From: a virus
Strand: one strand, 5' to 3'
IMG/VR virus record: IMGVR_UViG_3300015263_000627
Length of the DNA: 64,000 bases
The notes under the pieces are model-generated. The model had not been told where the DNA came from and did no database searches. It worked only from the letters and a program-made list of their open reading frames with translations. Positions 47,891 to 57,089 of this stretch are shown here, piece after piece. A program made the translations under genes and the position numbers. Positions within the stretch are counted from its first letter, which is position 1. Each line of letters opens with the position of its first letter.

Positions 47891-49531
47891 ATGGTTAGTT
47901 TATTTGGTTGGTCATTCGTTCGAAGCAATCCAGAACCGGAACCGGCATCATTCTCTCCTAAAGAACATGATGATGGAGCAGTTCAGGTTGTTGCAATGGG
48001 CGGGGCTTTTGGCACCGTTCTTGACCTTGATGGAACTGTTCGATCCGAAGCAGAATTAATTACCCGATATCGCGATATGTCCCTTCATCCGGAGGTAGAT
48101 TCGGCTATTGATGAAATAGTCAATGAAGCTATCTCTACGGAAGAAGATGATATGATTCGATTGAAGCTAGATAAGCTGGATAAACAACTTCCTCCAAAAG
48201 TTATGGAAGCTATTCAAGAATGTTTCACTGATGTTCTAAATCTGCTTGATTTCGAAAATAGAGCCTATGATATATTCCGTCGCTGGTATATCGATGGACG
48301 ATTGTATTTTCACGTTATCCTACCCGAAGATAAAAATTTCCTTTCTCTAGGAGTAAAAGAGGTTCGTTATATCGATCCTCGTAAGATTCGAAAAGTTCGA
48401 GAAGTCATAAAGAAAAGAGTTAGAGGGGGCGACGTAACATCAGGTGATAGCGTCATCACCCAAACCCAAAATGAATACTTCATCTATAATGATAAAGGAT
48501 TCAATGTTGGGAATAAGGTAATTTCTGGATCACCCACAACTGGTCTAAAAATTGCTAAGGATGCTATCATCTATGTTACCTCTGGAGCTACCGATTCGGC
48601 AGGTAGCATGGTCCTTTCCTTCCTGCATAAAGCAATCAAGGCTCTCAATCAACTTAGGACTCTTGAAGATGCGGTTGTCATTTATCGTCTAGTTCGTTCG
48701 CCTGAACGCCGATTGTGGTATATTGACGTTGGAAATATGCCTAAGATGAAAGCTGAACAATATGTTCGCGATTTGATGCAACGCCACAAGAATAAGATCA
48801 ATTATGATGCATCTACCGGTCAAATGCGGGATGATCGCAAATTCATGACCATGTTGGAAGACTATTGGCTACCGCGACGTGAAGGCGGAAGGGGAACCGA
48901 AGTCACTACCCTACCAGCCGGTCAAAGTCTTGGAGAAATGGACGATGTTCTATATTTCCAGAAAAAACTATACACATCCTTGCATGTTCCGGTCAATCGT
49001 CTTGATCCCCAAGACCAATATAACCCGGGAATTGCAACCGAAGTTACCCGCGACGAATTGAAATTCGGCAAGTTTATTATGCGTATGCGCCGCCGATTCT
49101 CTCAACTATTCATTCGAATGCTTGAAAAACAAGTTGTTTTGAAAGGAATTATGACGGTTGAGGATTTCCAAAAAATTGTTCCTTATTTGCAGTTTGAATT
49201 TGCTCGCGATAACTATTTCACAGAACAGAAAAACCAATTCCTAATGACAGGTCGCTTGAATATCATGGCTCTAATTATGCCGTTTGTTGGTAGGTATTAC
49301 AGCAATACTTGGGTTCGAAAGAATATTCTGCGTCAAGATGATGCAGATATCATGGAAAACGATGAACAAATTATTACTGAATTGGCGAACCCAATATTCA
49401 ATCCAACCCCAATGGCACCCCCGGAGGAAGAAGAAGAAGGGTCAGCAGGCGTTCTTGTTGATCCATCCCAAGCACCCCCAAATGCTCAAGATAATCCGGC
49501 TAATGCCAATGGCTCAAAAAAAAAGACCTAG
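47891..49531 (+). CDS. gp20: Portal protein gp20
   Basis: YRDMSLHPEVDSAIDEIVNE, RRWYIDGR, YIDVGNMPK.KAEQY and EDYWLPRREGGRGTEVTTLP. Confidence 0.97.
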   Translation: MVSLFGWSFVRSNPEPEPASFSPKEHDDGAVQVVAMGGAFGTVLDLDGTVRSEAELITRYRDMSLHPEVDSAIDEIVNEAISTEEDDMIRLKLDKLDKQLPPKVMEAIQECFTDVLNLLDFENRAYDIFRRWYIDGRLYFHVILPEDKNFLSLGVKEVRYIDPRKIRKVREVIKKRVRGGDVTSGDSVITQTQNEYFIYNDKGFNVGNKVISGSPTTGLKIAKDAIIYVTSGATDSAGSMVLSFLHKAIKALNQLRTLEDAVVIYRLVRSPERRLWYIDVGNMPKMKAEQYVRDLMQRHKNKINYDASTGQMRDDRKFMTMLEDYWLPRREGGRGTEVTTLPAGQSLGEMDDVLYFQKKLYTSLHVPVNRLDPQDQYNPGIATEVTRDELKFGKFIMRMRRRFSQLFIRMLEKQVVLKGIMTVEDFQKIVPYLQFEFARDNYFTEQKNQFLMTGRLNIMALIMPFVGRYYSNTWVRKNILRQDDADIMENDEQIITELANPIFNPTPMAPPEEEEEGSAGVLVDPSQAPPNAQDNPANANGSKKKT

Positions 49532-49642
49532 TAACGGCTAGAAAGAAATATGACCGCATGAAACAAGAAGGAAGAAAGGGACCAAAAGACGTTCACGATT
49601 TTCGAAGTTTAGCGCAAATATTAGCGAAAAACACTTGATAAC

Positions 49643-49649
49643 CTAAATA
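49643..49649 (+). promoter_or_regulatory. Late promoter motif CTAAATA
   Basis: Upstream of the prohead core gene, followed by AGGAG. Confidence 0.6.
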
Positions 49650-49667
49650 ATATAAAGGAGAAAGTCT

Positions 49668-49955
49668 ATGCCTCTATCCAGTGCTGATTTGTTACAAAAT
49701 GTATTAGAAAAGAAACCCTCTGAATTTGCGGGGAATTTTTCCTCAATGGTTCAAGATCGTGTCCGGGATTTGATTGCCGGAAAACGAGTGGAAGTAGCCC
49801 AAAATCTGTTCGGAACCCCTCCGATAGAGATGGCATCTACTGTTGATACAACTGATACGGGTGAGGCGGAAACAGGCGAAGGGGAAGCTCCCGAAGCTGG
49901 AACCGAAGATCAACCCGAAACTGAGGAAATACCCGATGATCAAGAAACTGCGTGA
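49668..49955 (+). CDS. Prohead core protein (gp67-like)
   Basis: Small protein with an acidic tail right after the portal gene. Confidence 0.65.
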   Translation: MPLSSADLLQNVLEKKPSEFAGNFSSMVQDRVRDLIAGKRVEVAQNLFGTPPIEMASTVDTTDTGEAETGEGEAPEAGTEDQPETEEIPDDQETA

Positions 49956-51111
49956 TATTGTCGAAAAATATCCAGACAATTACGAACAAAAAACTGAAGT
50001 TGCACGATCCTTTGTAGCAATGCATAAGGGCGGCAAGATCGATAAGCTTGGATCAAAAGGTGCAACCGAAAACCAATTCAATGCTGATAACGTAAAAGTA
50101 GCCGATCATCCACGTCAGAGTGACGATGCAGGATTTCCGGGGGAAGGAGAATACAATGATTATAATCTTCGTACCTATTATGATAAGTCTGATGCTGGAG
50201 GAAGCGATGAATATGATGATGATGATTTTGAATATGACGACAACGATGTGGACAATGACGAAACCCGTTCGCGTATAGCTAATGATGAAGAATATATTGA
50301 AGAAGATAAGGATGAAGATGAAGACAAAGAAAAAGAATATGTAAAACTTCCACCAAAAAAGCGTCATAAATATGATCCCGAGTTGGAACGAAATAGAAAA
50401 AGAGCTTCAAAAATTGATAATGAAGAATATGAAATTCAGCGCATGACTTTTCCTCAACTGATGGAAAAGTGGATCATCGATGAAGCCATGATCGAATTTG
50501 CTCCAATTGAGGAAGCAAAGAAACATAAGAAACGAGATGAATACGAAAAGGCTCTTGATGCCAAGTATGCCAAGATTGCTACTCCCGGCAAGCGTGGTCC
50601 AACCGATCCGGAATTTTTGAATATTCTCAAAACATTTGCCATGAGGCGTTATGACTTGATGAATAAACTCAACAAGGAAGAAACTGAACAGCTTGATGAA
50701 ATTTCGGCTAGAAAACTTCGAGCTTATGCAAAGGGAGCAAGACGAGATATTGAGTTAACCGCTGAACCTCTTTATACGGATAAAGATGCTGGTCCCGGAA
50801 CAGAAAAAGAAAATAGAATTTTCAACCGTATGGAAAAACGTGAAAAAGGTATTGATTTAGCTAATAAAAAATTGAGAACCAAACGTAATGAAGAAATTGA
50901 ACAACTTGATGAAATGATGACTCGCAAACATTTCCGATCAGTTGCCAACACTGTTCGAGCAATTGAGGACCCCAAGAAACGATGGGAATATGCCAGCCAT
51001 CATGCTGAAATTTTTGCAAAGGATAATCCACGATTTGACCGTCAAAAATTTTTCGATGCGGCAGGAACACGTAATCCATTAGATATTTCAACTTCTAAAA
51101 AGGGAAAATAA
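49936..51111 (+). CDS. Modular prohead core/internal protein with EE.EQLDE linkers
   Basis: Start taken at ATG 49936 (MIKKLRDIVE) after GAGG. Highly charged; modules separated by EETEQLDE/EEIEQLDE. Confidence 0.75.
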   Translation: MIKKLRDIVEKYPDNYEQKTEVARSFVAMHKGGKIDKLGSKGATENQFNADNVKVADHPRQSDDAGFPGEGEYNDYNLRTYYDKSDAGGSDEYDDDDFEYDDNDVDNDETRSRIANDEEYIEEDKDEDEDKEKEYVKLPPKKRHKYDPELERNRKRASKIDNEEYEIQRMTFPQLMEKWIIDEAMIEFAPIEEAKKHKKRDEYEKALDAKYAKIATPGKRGPTDPEFLNILKTFAMRRYDLMNKLNKEETEQLDEISARKLRAYAKGARRDIELTAEPLYTDKDAGPGTEKENRIFNRMEKREKGIDLANKKLRTKRNEEIEQLDEMMTRKHFRSVANTVRAIEDPKKRWEYASHHAEIFAKDNPRFDRQKFFDAAGTRNPLDISTSKKGK

Positions 51112-51112
51112 T

Positions 51113-51766
51113 ATGGTAACCCCTCCCGGCGTTCCCGATGAAACTGTAAAGGATATGAAGCCATCGTTCAAGTCCCGTTATGGAAAACGATGGAAGGAAG
51201 TTCTTTATGCTACCCTATGGAAGCACAAGGGAAGCTATGCGGAAGAAACACAATTAGACGAAACCCGGGGTTGGCTTGAAAAATGCCCATGTGGATCAGG
51301 TGAACCAGCCGATTTGCGCTATGATGCGCGAGGTATTCCGCTTGGTTACATGTGTTCCAAATGTGAAAAAAAGAAACTATCCGGATATCGTCCTGATGTA
51401 TTGACCGATCCGAATTATTGGCATGATGAACCAATCGACAATGAAGAAACCGGATTACATAGACAAGATATGATCTTCGATGAAATACGCGAACATATTG
51501 TGAAACATGGTAGCGGTTATCGCCTATTATCCCACAAGGGCAAGAACCTTGGAACATTCAAGACCCGGGCAGCAGCAGCGAAACACGAAGGCGAAGTTGA
51601 ATATTTCAAACATCATGAAGAAACACAATTAGATGAAGCAAAGAAAAAACCAGTATCTTGGAATCCTCCGGAAGTTCAAGCCAAAGCTGCCAAATTCAAA
51701 AAAGAACAGCGTATGTTCGACAAGGCTAAAAGAGAAATCAATCGTTTGAAAAGACAGGGAAAGTAA
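51113..51766 (+). CDS. Modular head-associated protein with EETQLDE linkers and a Cys4 (CPCGSG...CSKC) module
   Basis: 217 aa, several short modules separated by Glu-rich LDE motifs. Confidence 0.75.
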   Translation: MVTPPGVPDETVKDMKPSFKSRYGKRWKEVLYATLWKHKGSYAEETQLDETRGWLEKCPCGSGEPADLRYDARGIPLGYMCSKCEKKKLSGYRPDVLTDPNYWHDEPIDNEETGLHRQDMIFDEIREHIVKHGSGYRLLSHKGKNLGTFKTRAAAAKHEGEVEYFKHHEETQLDEAKKKPVSWNPPEVQAKAAKFKKEQRMFDKAKREINRLKRQGK

Positions 51767-52021
51767 ATGTCGCTTCGTATAATAAAACCAAAGTCAACTG
51801 AAATTACAGCATCGTCTGCTAATACCATCAATTCGGCTACATTGGTCCGGGTATTCAATAACAATGCGGCGGTGCATTTGGTTACTCTGGCATATGCCAA
51901 TACTACAACCTATGCTACTCTAACGGTAGCTGGTTATGGAGAAGTCTTTATTGCCAAAGACCCAACCGACACAATTCAAGGAACCAACATTCAAGCAACT
52001 AAGATAGCGTTTACGAGTTAA
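51767..52021 (+). CDS. Small head-region protein, paralog A
   Basis: IIKPKS.EI...SANT.....L.R.FNN pattern shared with the next ORF. Confidence 0.75.
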   Translation: MSLRIIKPKSTEITASSANTINSATLVRVFNNNAAVHLVTLAYANTTTYATLTVAGYGEVFIAKDPTDTIQGTNIQATKIAFTS

Positions 52022-52023
52022 AC

Positions 52024-52275
52024 ATGGGAAATGGTATTATAAAACCAAAATCTATCGAAATAAGTATAGGTTCCGCCAATACGGTTGGAAACAACGTTCT
52101 AATTCGTTGCTTCAATAATACAGCAGCGGCGGCAGTTTTATTATTAGCAAACAGTAGCGGAACGATAAGTAATACTACAATAGCATCATTTGGCGATGTT
52201 ATTATTCGAAAGAAACCAACCGATACTTTAACCGGTACAGGATTTGTAGCAACAGCAATTGCTTTTGCTGATTAA
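52024..52275 (+). CDS. Small head-region protein, paralog B
   Basis: Tandem paralog of 51767..52021 (K.PTDT..GT...AT.IAF). Confidence 0.75.
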   Translation: MGNGIIKPKSIEISIGSANTVGNNVLIRCFNNTAAAAVLLLANSSGTISNTTIASFGDVIIRKKPTDTLTGTGFVATAIAFAD

Positions 52276-52284
52276 GAGGGAAAC

Positions 52285-52794
52285 ATGGGAATAATGACTT
52301 ATATTATTTACAAAACTACAAATCTTATAAACGGAAAATATTATATTGGAAAACATAAAACTAATAATATCCATGATGGTTATATGGGGTCTGGATTAAG
52401 GTTGCAACGAGCTATTCAAAAATATGGTATTGATAATTTTTCATCTGAGATTATAATAGAAGTTAAAAATGAAAAAGAACTAAATTTGGCTGAACGGATT
52501 TTTGTAATTCCTGATAAGGAAATAAATTATAATCTTACTAAAGGGGGTCATGGTAGTTGGAGTCATAATCATAATCAAGAAATATATAAAAAAATTTCTG
52601 AATCCCATAGAAAAAATCCATTATTTATTGAAAAAGGCAGAATATTAGGAAATTCAAATAAAGGTAGAAAACATTCTGAAGAAATAAATAAAAAAAAGGG
52701 TAGAACTGGAGCAGCGAATGGTATGTATGGAAAAAAACATAAACCTGAAACTATAGAAAAGATACGAGTTGCTGCATACAATAGGAGTTTATAA
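52285..52794 (+). mobile_element. Free-standing GIY-YIG homing endonuclease with NUMOD3-like tail
   Basis: YIIYKTTNLINGKYYIGKH, GYMGSG, KGRKHSEE and MYGKKH motifs; very AT-rich; inserted before gp21. Confidence 0.85.
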
Positions 52795-52796
52795 TA

Positions 52797-53462
52797 ATGT
52801 CGTTAAAACTAATAACAGAACTTAACGAGGACGTTGAATATATCTTCGAAGAAAAGGAAGGTATGCGTCGATACTACATCAAAGGTGTTTTTGCCGAAGC
52901 TGATGTAGATAACCGTAACAAGCGTCGTTATCCTCTCCCAATTTTGGAAAAGGAAGTCAATCGTTACGTCAAGGAAAACGTTCAAAAGAATGCCGCTTTT
53001 GGAGAACTAGGTCACCCGACAGGCTCCAATATCAATCTTGACAGAGCATGTATCCTGATTAAAGAATTGAACAAAAATAACAATGCATTCATGGGTAAAG
53101 CTTTAGTCACTAATACTCCGGTTGGGCGCATTGTCGAAGGTTTGATATCCGATGGCGCAAGATTGGGAGTTTCAACTCGATCATTGGGTTCCCTTAAGCC
53201 AATTTCGGGGGGTATCAATGAAGTTCAAGACGATTTGAGACTATTGGCAGTTGATGTGGTTGCTGATCCTTCGGCTCCCAATGCATTTGTCAATGGAATC
53301 ATGGAAAACGTCGAATATATCTATGATGCTGCTAAAGATGCTTATATCGAGCAACATATTGACGATACTAAGAAAGCTTTGAGAGGTATGTCAATAAAGC
53401 AGATAAATGCAGCTAAATTAGCACTTTTTGAGGACTTTATTAACAAATTATCTAGCCGATAA
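52797..53462 (+). CDS. gp21: Prohead protease gp21
   Basis: MSLKLITE, NRNKRRYP, GELGHP, LGVSTRSLGSL and DVVADPSAPNAFV. Confidence 0.96.
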   Translation: MSLKLITELNEDVEYIFEEKEGMRRYYIKGVFAEADVDNRNKRRYPLPILEKEVNRYVKENVQKNAAFGELGHPTGSNINLDRACILIKELNKNNNAFMGKALVTNTPVGRIVEGLISDGARLGVSTRSLGSLKPISGGINEVQDDLRLLAVDVVADPSAPNAFVNGIMENVEYIYDAAKDAYIEQHIDDTKKALRGMSIKQINAAKLALFEDFINKLSSR

Positions 53463-53464
53463 AA

Positions 53465-53472
53465 TATAAATA
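53465..53472 (+). promoter_or_regulatory. T4-type late promoter TATAAATA
   Basis: Exact T4 late consensus upstream of gp22. Confidence 0.7.
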
Positions 53473-53509
53473 CGAATAAATAGATTAGAGATTCAAGGAG
53501 AAACATAAC

Positions 53510-54550
53510 ATGGCACCGAAAAAGAAGCAAGAAACCATTAATGAACTTGATAATGCCGGAAACTCTACGGCGGCTCTGGATACATTGCAACCAAATTCTC
53601 GTCCGGTTGATGATCCAAAGACCAAGTTTCAAGTCATTGCCAATGTAATCGGAGCGTTGGCTCAAATTGACACGGCTGATCTGAATAAGTTTGGAGCAAG
53701 TCTTGCTCAAATCGGACAGGAAGCAACCACCATTCCGGATGGGGCTGCTGCTCATAATGCATCAACAATTGCAATGAAACCATCTGATGCTTCGGCTTCT
53801 GTCAAGGAAGCTATTCGGGCTGATGTTGAAACTCTATTAGCAAGTGGCGAAGGTCTATCCGAAGAATTTAAAACTCAAGCAGCTACCCTATTCGAAGCAG
53901 CACTCAATGCTCAAGTTCAGTTGAAAGAAATTGAACTACAAGAACAATTCGACAAAGAACTTGATGAAGCAATTACCGAAGTTACTCAAGCCCTAGCCGA
54001 AGAAGTCGATACTTACATTTCTTACACGGCGGCTGAATGGCTTAAGGAAAATGAAGTAGCTGTTGAATCGGCTCTACGAAATGAAATTTATGACGATTTC
54101 ATTCAAGGTTTGAAGTCGTTGTTTGAAGAACACTATATCACCATTCCCGAAGAAAAGGTTGATGTAGTCGAGACATTGGCTGAAAAAGTCGATGAACTTG
54201 AAAATCGTCTAAACGAAATGCTTTCCGAAAACGCCGAGCTTCAAAAGGTTGTTGCTGCTTATACTCGCGACGAAGCAATCAACAAGGTTTGTGAAGGTTT
54301 GACGATGAATGAAGCTGAAAAGTTGAAAGAATTAGCTGATGGTATCGAAGAAACTGACTCCGAAGCCTTTACCAAAAAGCTGGAAATCATCAAAGAATCC
54401 AACTTTGTGAAGGGTAAGAGCGGAGCCAAGGTTCTTGCTGAAACTATGGAGGAAGTTGATCCAAACAACGCTCCCCCAGCAGAAAAAGAATACGGTTCCC
54501 CTGAAATGAAAAAATATGCCGAAGCTATTTCAAGAACTGTGCGTAAATAA
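53510..54550 (+). CDS. gp22: Prohead core scaffold gp22
   Basis: LSEEFKTQAATLFEAA, YISY...EWL.EN..AVES.LRNE and F.EHYITIPEEKVDVVE. Confidence 0.93.
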   Translation: MAPKKKQETINELDNAGNSTAALDTLQPNSRPVDDPKTKFQVIANVIGALAQIDTADLNKFGASLAQIGQEATTIPDGAAAHNASTIAMKPSDASASVKEAIRADVETLLASGEGLSEEFKTQAATLFEAALNAQVQLKEIELQEQFDKELDEAITEVTQALAEEVDTYISYTAAEWLKENEVAVESALRNEIYDDFIQGLKSLFEEHYITIPEEKVDVVETLAEKVDELENRLNEMLSENAELQKVVAAYTRDEAINKVCEGLTMNEAEKLKELADGIEETDSEAFTKKLEIIKESNFVKGKSGAKVLAETMEEVDPNNAPPAEKEYGSPEMKKYAEAISRTVRK

Positions 54551-54558
54551 ACGATTTA

Positions 54559-54566
54559 TATAAATA
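54559..54566 (+). promoter_or_regulatory. T4-type late promoter TATAAATA
   Basis: Exact consensus upstream of gp23. Confidence 0.7.
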
Positions 54567-54600
54567 TATAACCTAAAGAATATAATAGGGAGAAAAACAA

Positions 54601-56040
54601 ATGCGTGATATGTTGGCGGAAGAAGTCCAAAAAAAGTGGAAGGCTATCCTTGAACATGAGGACCTTCCGGCAATTAAGGATGCTAATCGACGTTGGGTAG
54701 TTGCCCAATTGTTGGAAAATAGCGAACGAGAGCTTGGTCAATACACCGACAAAAGCCAGTTCCTTACTGAATCACAACCAACCAACTCCATGGGTCTATC
54801 GTCTTCAACCCCGGGAACTGGTAACATCGATACATTCGATCCGGTTTTGATTTCTCTAATTCGACGTGCAATGCCAAATTTGATCGCTTATGATCTTTGT
54901 GGTGTTCAACCTATGACCGGTCCAACCGGACTTATTTTTGCTATGCGTTCACGCTATGCTCCTGTTGAATCCGGTGTTGCTAACGCGGGTGGTCCAGAAG
55001 CCTTCTTCTATGAAGCTAATACTGGTTTCTCTGCTCGTGGTGGTGCTAATGCTGCTTCAAATACCCAGTTTGGTCAGACTGATCAGCCGTATGCTAACAA
55101 CACGGTTCCGGGTGGTGGTGCCAACAACGTTGGAGCTAATACAACTTATAGCCTTCCGGGTGTAAGTAACAACGCTGGTAACAGCACATATAACTACGCT
55201 GGAACCCTATTGACGGCAACAGCCGAAGGTCTTGGTAGCAATAGCATTCAGCAATTCCCTGAAATGTCATTCTCTATCGAAAGCGTTGCGGTCAAGGCTG
55301 GTACTCGTGCTTTGAAAGCTGAATATTCGATGGAACTTGCTCAAGACCTTAAGGCTATTCATGGTCTTGATGCTGAAAGCGAATTGTCTAACATTCTGTC
55401 CACTGAAATCTTGGCAGAAATCAATCGTGAAATTGTCCGCGCTTTGAACGTGGTTGCAGTTTCCGGCGCTCAAGAAGATGTTACCTCTCCGGGTATATTT
55501 GACCTTGACGTTGATGCGAATGGTCGTTGGATGATTGAAAAGTTCAAGGGACTTCACTTCCAGCTTGAACGTGAAGCAAACCAAATCGCCAAGCAGACTC
55601 GTCGCGGTAAGGGTAACTTCGTTCTTTGCTCGTCAGATGTGGCGTCGGCTCTACAAGCAACCGGCTTCCTATCTAATACCCCGGCATTGAACGCAAACAA
55701 CCTACAGGTTGACGATATGGGTAACACTTTTGCAGGTATATTGAACAACCGTATGAAAGTTTATGTTGATCCGTATGCTCTTGGTGGTCAGTATATGACT
55801 GTCGGTTATAAGGGTAACAACCCATTTGACGCTGGTTTCTTCTACTGTCCATATGTTCCGCTACAAATGGTTCGGGCAGTTGATCCGAATACCTTCCAAC
55901 CAAAGATTGGTTTCAAGACCCGATATGGTATTGTCGCTAATCCGTTCGCAGTTGGTATGCCAGCGGCTCATGTTGCAGGAACAATGGTTCAGGACAGCAA
56001 CCAATACTACCGCCGCATTATAGTTACCAACCTACAGTAA
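54601..56040 (+). CDS. gp23: Major capsid protein gp23
   Basis: LISLIRRAMPNLIAYDLCGVQPMTGPTGLIFAMRSRY, RALKAEYSMELAQDLKAIHGLDAE; likely FLTE cleavage site. Confidence 0.98.
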   Translation: MRDMLAEEVQKKWKAILEHEDLPAIKDANRRWVVAQLLENSERELGQYTDKSQFLTESQPTNSMGLSSSTPGTGNIDTFDPVLISLIRRAMPNLIAYDLCGVQPMTGPTGLIFAMRSRYAPVESGVANAGGPEAFFYEANTGFSARGGANAASNTQFGQTDQPYANNTVPGGGANNVGANTTYSLPGVSNNAGNSTYNYAGTLLTATAEGLGSNSIQQFPEMSFSIESVAVKAGTRALKAEYSMELAQDLKAIHGLDAESELSNILSTEILAEINREIVRALNVVAVSGAQEDVTSPGIFDLDVDANGRWMIEKFKGLHFQLEREANQIAKQTRRGKGNFVLCSSDVASALQATGFLSNTPALNANNLQVDDMGNTFAGILNNRMKVYVDPYALGGQYMTVGYKGNNPFDAGFFYCPYVPLQMVRAVDPNTFQPKIGFKTRYGIVANPFAVGMPAAHVAGTMVQDSNQYYRRIIVTNLQ

Positions 56041-56063
56041 TAGTAGGGTAACTACCAAACTTA

Positions 56064-56095
56064 GAAGGGGGCTTAATTGCCCCCTTCCTTTTTTT
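56064..56095 (+). terminator. Rho-independent terminator after gp23
   Basis: 9-bp stem GAAGGGGGC / GCCCCCTTC, 6-nt loop TTAATT, followed by a T7 tract. Confidence 0.9.
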
Positions 56096-56690
56096 GTAAT
56101 AATCTTCCAAGCTCTACTATAGTAGATGTATGTTGTAGGCTTTCATGGTGGGATGAATTAATAGTCTTTATTTGAGCTATTTTCGGTTTCCATTTGATTT
56201 GGGAAGAAACAGTAACCACTCCGTCATTTGGTTCAAAAATAACCGGATTGAAACCACTTGTTGAAACAATCATGGTCATTGGTTTGGAATATACATTCGA
56301 ATGTATCTTTTGAATAATCGGCGCATTCTCCATGATATCCTCAAGAACCGGGGATCGATGATTAAGATAAAACATCAATAATCGGTTATACTTCAAACCC
56401 GATAAAGGGGAGGAAATAGTCAACAGACTTTTAACGTTTCGATTTTTTGAAATACCTGCCGAAATAATACCCCCCAAAGAATGACCAACAAGAATAACAT
56501 CATTATCAATTTTCTTGACTTGCTCGTTGGCTTTCTCTATAATATTTGAGACATTTTCGGTTGAATTATAACTAAAGGCATGAATTTGATTTACTTCCGG
56601 ATGTTTTGAAAATACGGAGATTAAATAATTAAAAGATGTTGGGGAAGACCATGCCCCATGGATAAGAAATAAATCAGTTTTTTCAGCCAT
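56073..56690 (-). CDS. Alpha/beta hydrolase (esterase/lipase-like)
   Basis: LIHGAW oxyanion motif, GHSLGG nucleophile elbow, NDGVV Asp and C-terminal HHE His; start taken at MAEK (56690). Confidence 0.85.
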   Translation of the reverse strand: MAEKTDLFLIHGAWSSPTSFNYLISVFSKHPEVNQIHAFSYNSTENVSNIIEKANEQVKKIDNDVILVGHSLGGIISAGISKNRNVKSLLTISSPLSGLKYNRLLMFYLNHRSPVLEDIMENAPIIQKIHSNVYSKPMTMIVSTSGFNPVIFEPNDGVVTVSSQIKWKPKIAQIKTINSSHHESLQHTSTIVELGRLLQKKEGGN

Positions 56691-56707
56691 TATATGATAT
56701 TTATCTC

Positions 56708-56736
56708 TTGACAAACACACTGTTTTATGATACAAT
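56708..56736 (+). promoter_or_regulatory. sigma70-type early promoter
   Basis: TTGACA, 17 nt spacer, TGn-TACAAT; AGGAG RBS and ATG 56757 follow. Confidence 0.8.
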
Positions 56737-56756
56737 TTACAAAAATAGGAGACAAA

Positions 56757-57062
56757 ATGTATAAATTTCTATCAGCTTTTATTATAGCAATAACTCTAAT
56801 CGCAACCCCGGCTCTGGCTCGCCCATATCATGGCGGCGGTCATTGGGGTGGGGGTCACTATCGAGGCGGTCATTATAATTATCATAACAATTTTTGGGTT
56901 GCTCCTGCTATCATTGGGGGAGCCATTCTTGGTTCAGCTTTGATCTATAATGGCACTCGATATAACGATGCTGTTGAATATTGTCGAGCAAGATATCGTT
57001 CATATGATCCTTATTCCCAAACCTATCTAGGAAAGGATGGTTGGCGGCATCCTTGTCCCTAA
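56757..57062 (+). CDS. BA14K-family secreted lectin-like protein
   Basis: Signal peptide (…TPALA), Gly/His/Tyr-rich linker, hydrophobic GG segment and C-terminal YCRARYRSYDPYSQTYLGKDGWRHPCP signature. Confidence 0.85.
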   Translation: MYKFLSAFIIAITLIATPALARPYHGGGHWGGGHYRGGHYNYHNNFWVAPAIIGGAILGSALIYNGTRYNDAVEYCRARYRSYDPYSQTYLGKDGWRHPCP

Positions 57063-57065
57063 ATA
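57059..57065 (+). promoter_or_regulatory. Late promoter motif CTAAATA
   Basis: Overlaps the BA14K stop codon, upstream of gp3. Confidence 0.55.
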
Positions 57066-57089
57066 TTAGGGGTAACAAGGAAAGCGAGC

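Noticed and set aside
49843-49935. N-terminal extension MIQLIRV... of the core protein given by the ORF track
   Set aside because: Overlaps the gp67-like gene; ATG 49936 has the RBS.
56727-56756. ORF-track starts for BA14K (56727) and for the hydrolase (56735)
   Set aside because: Both fall inside the sigma70 promoter; downstream ATGs (56757; 56690) fit better.
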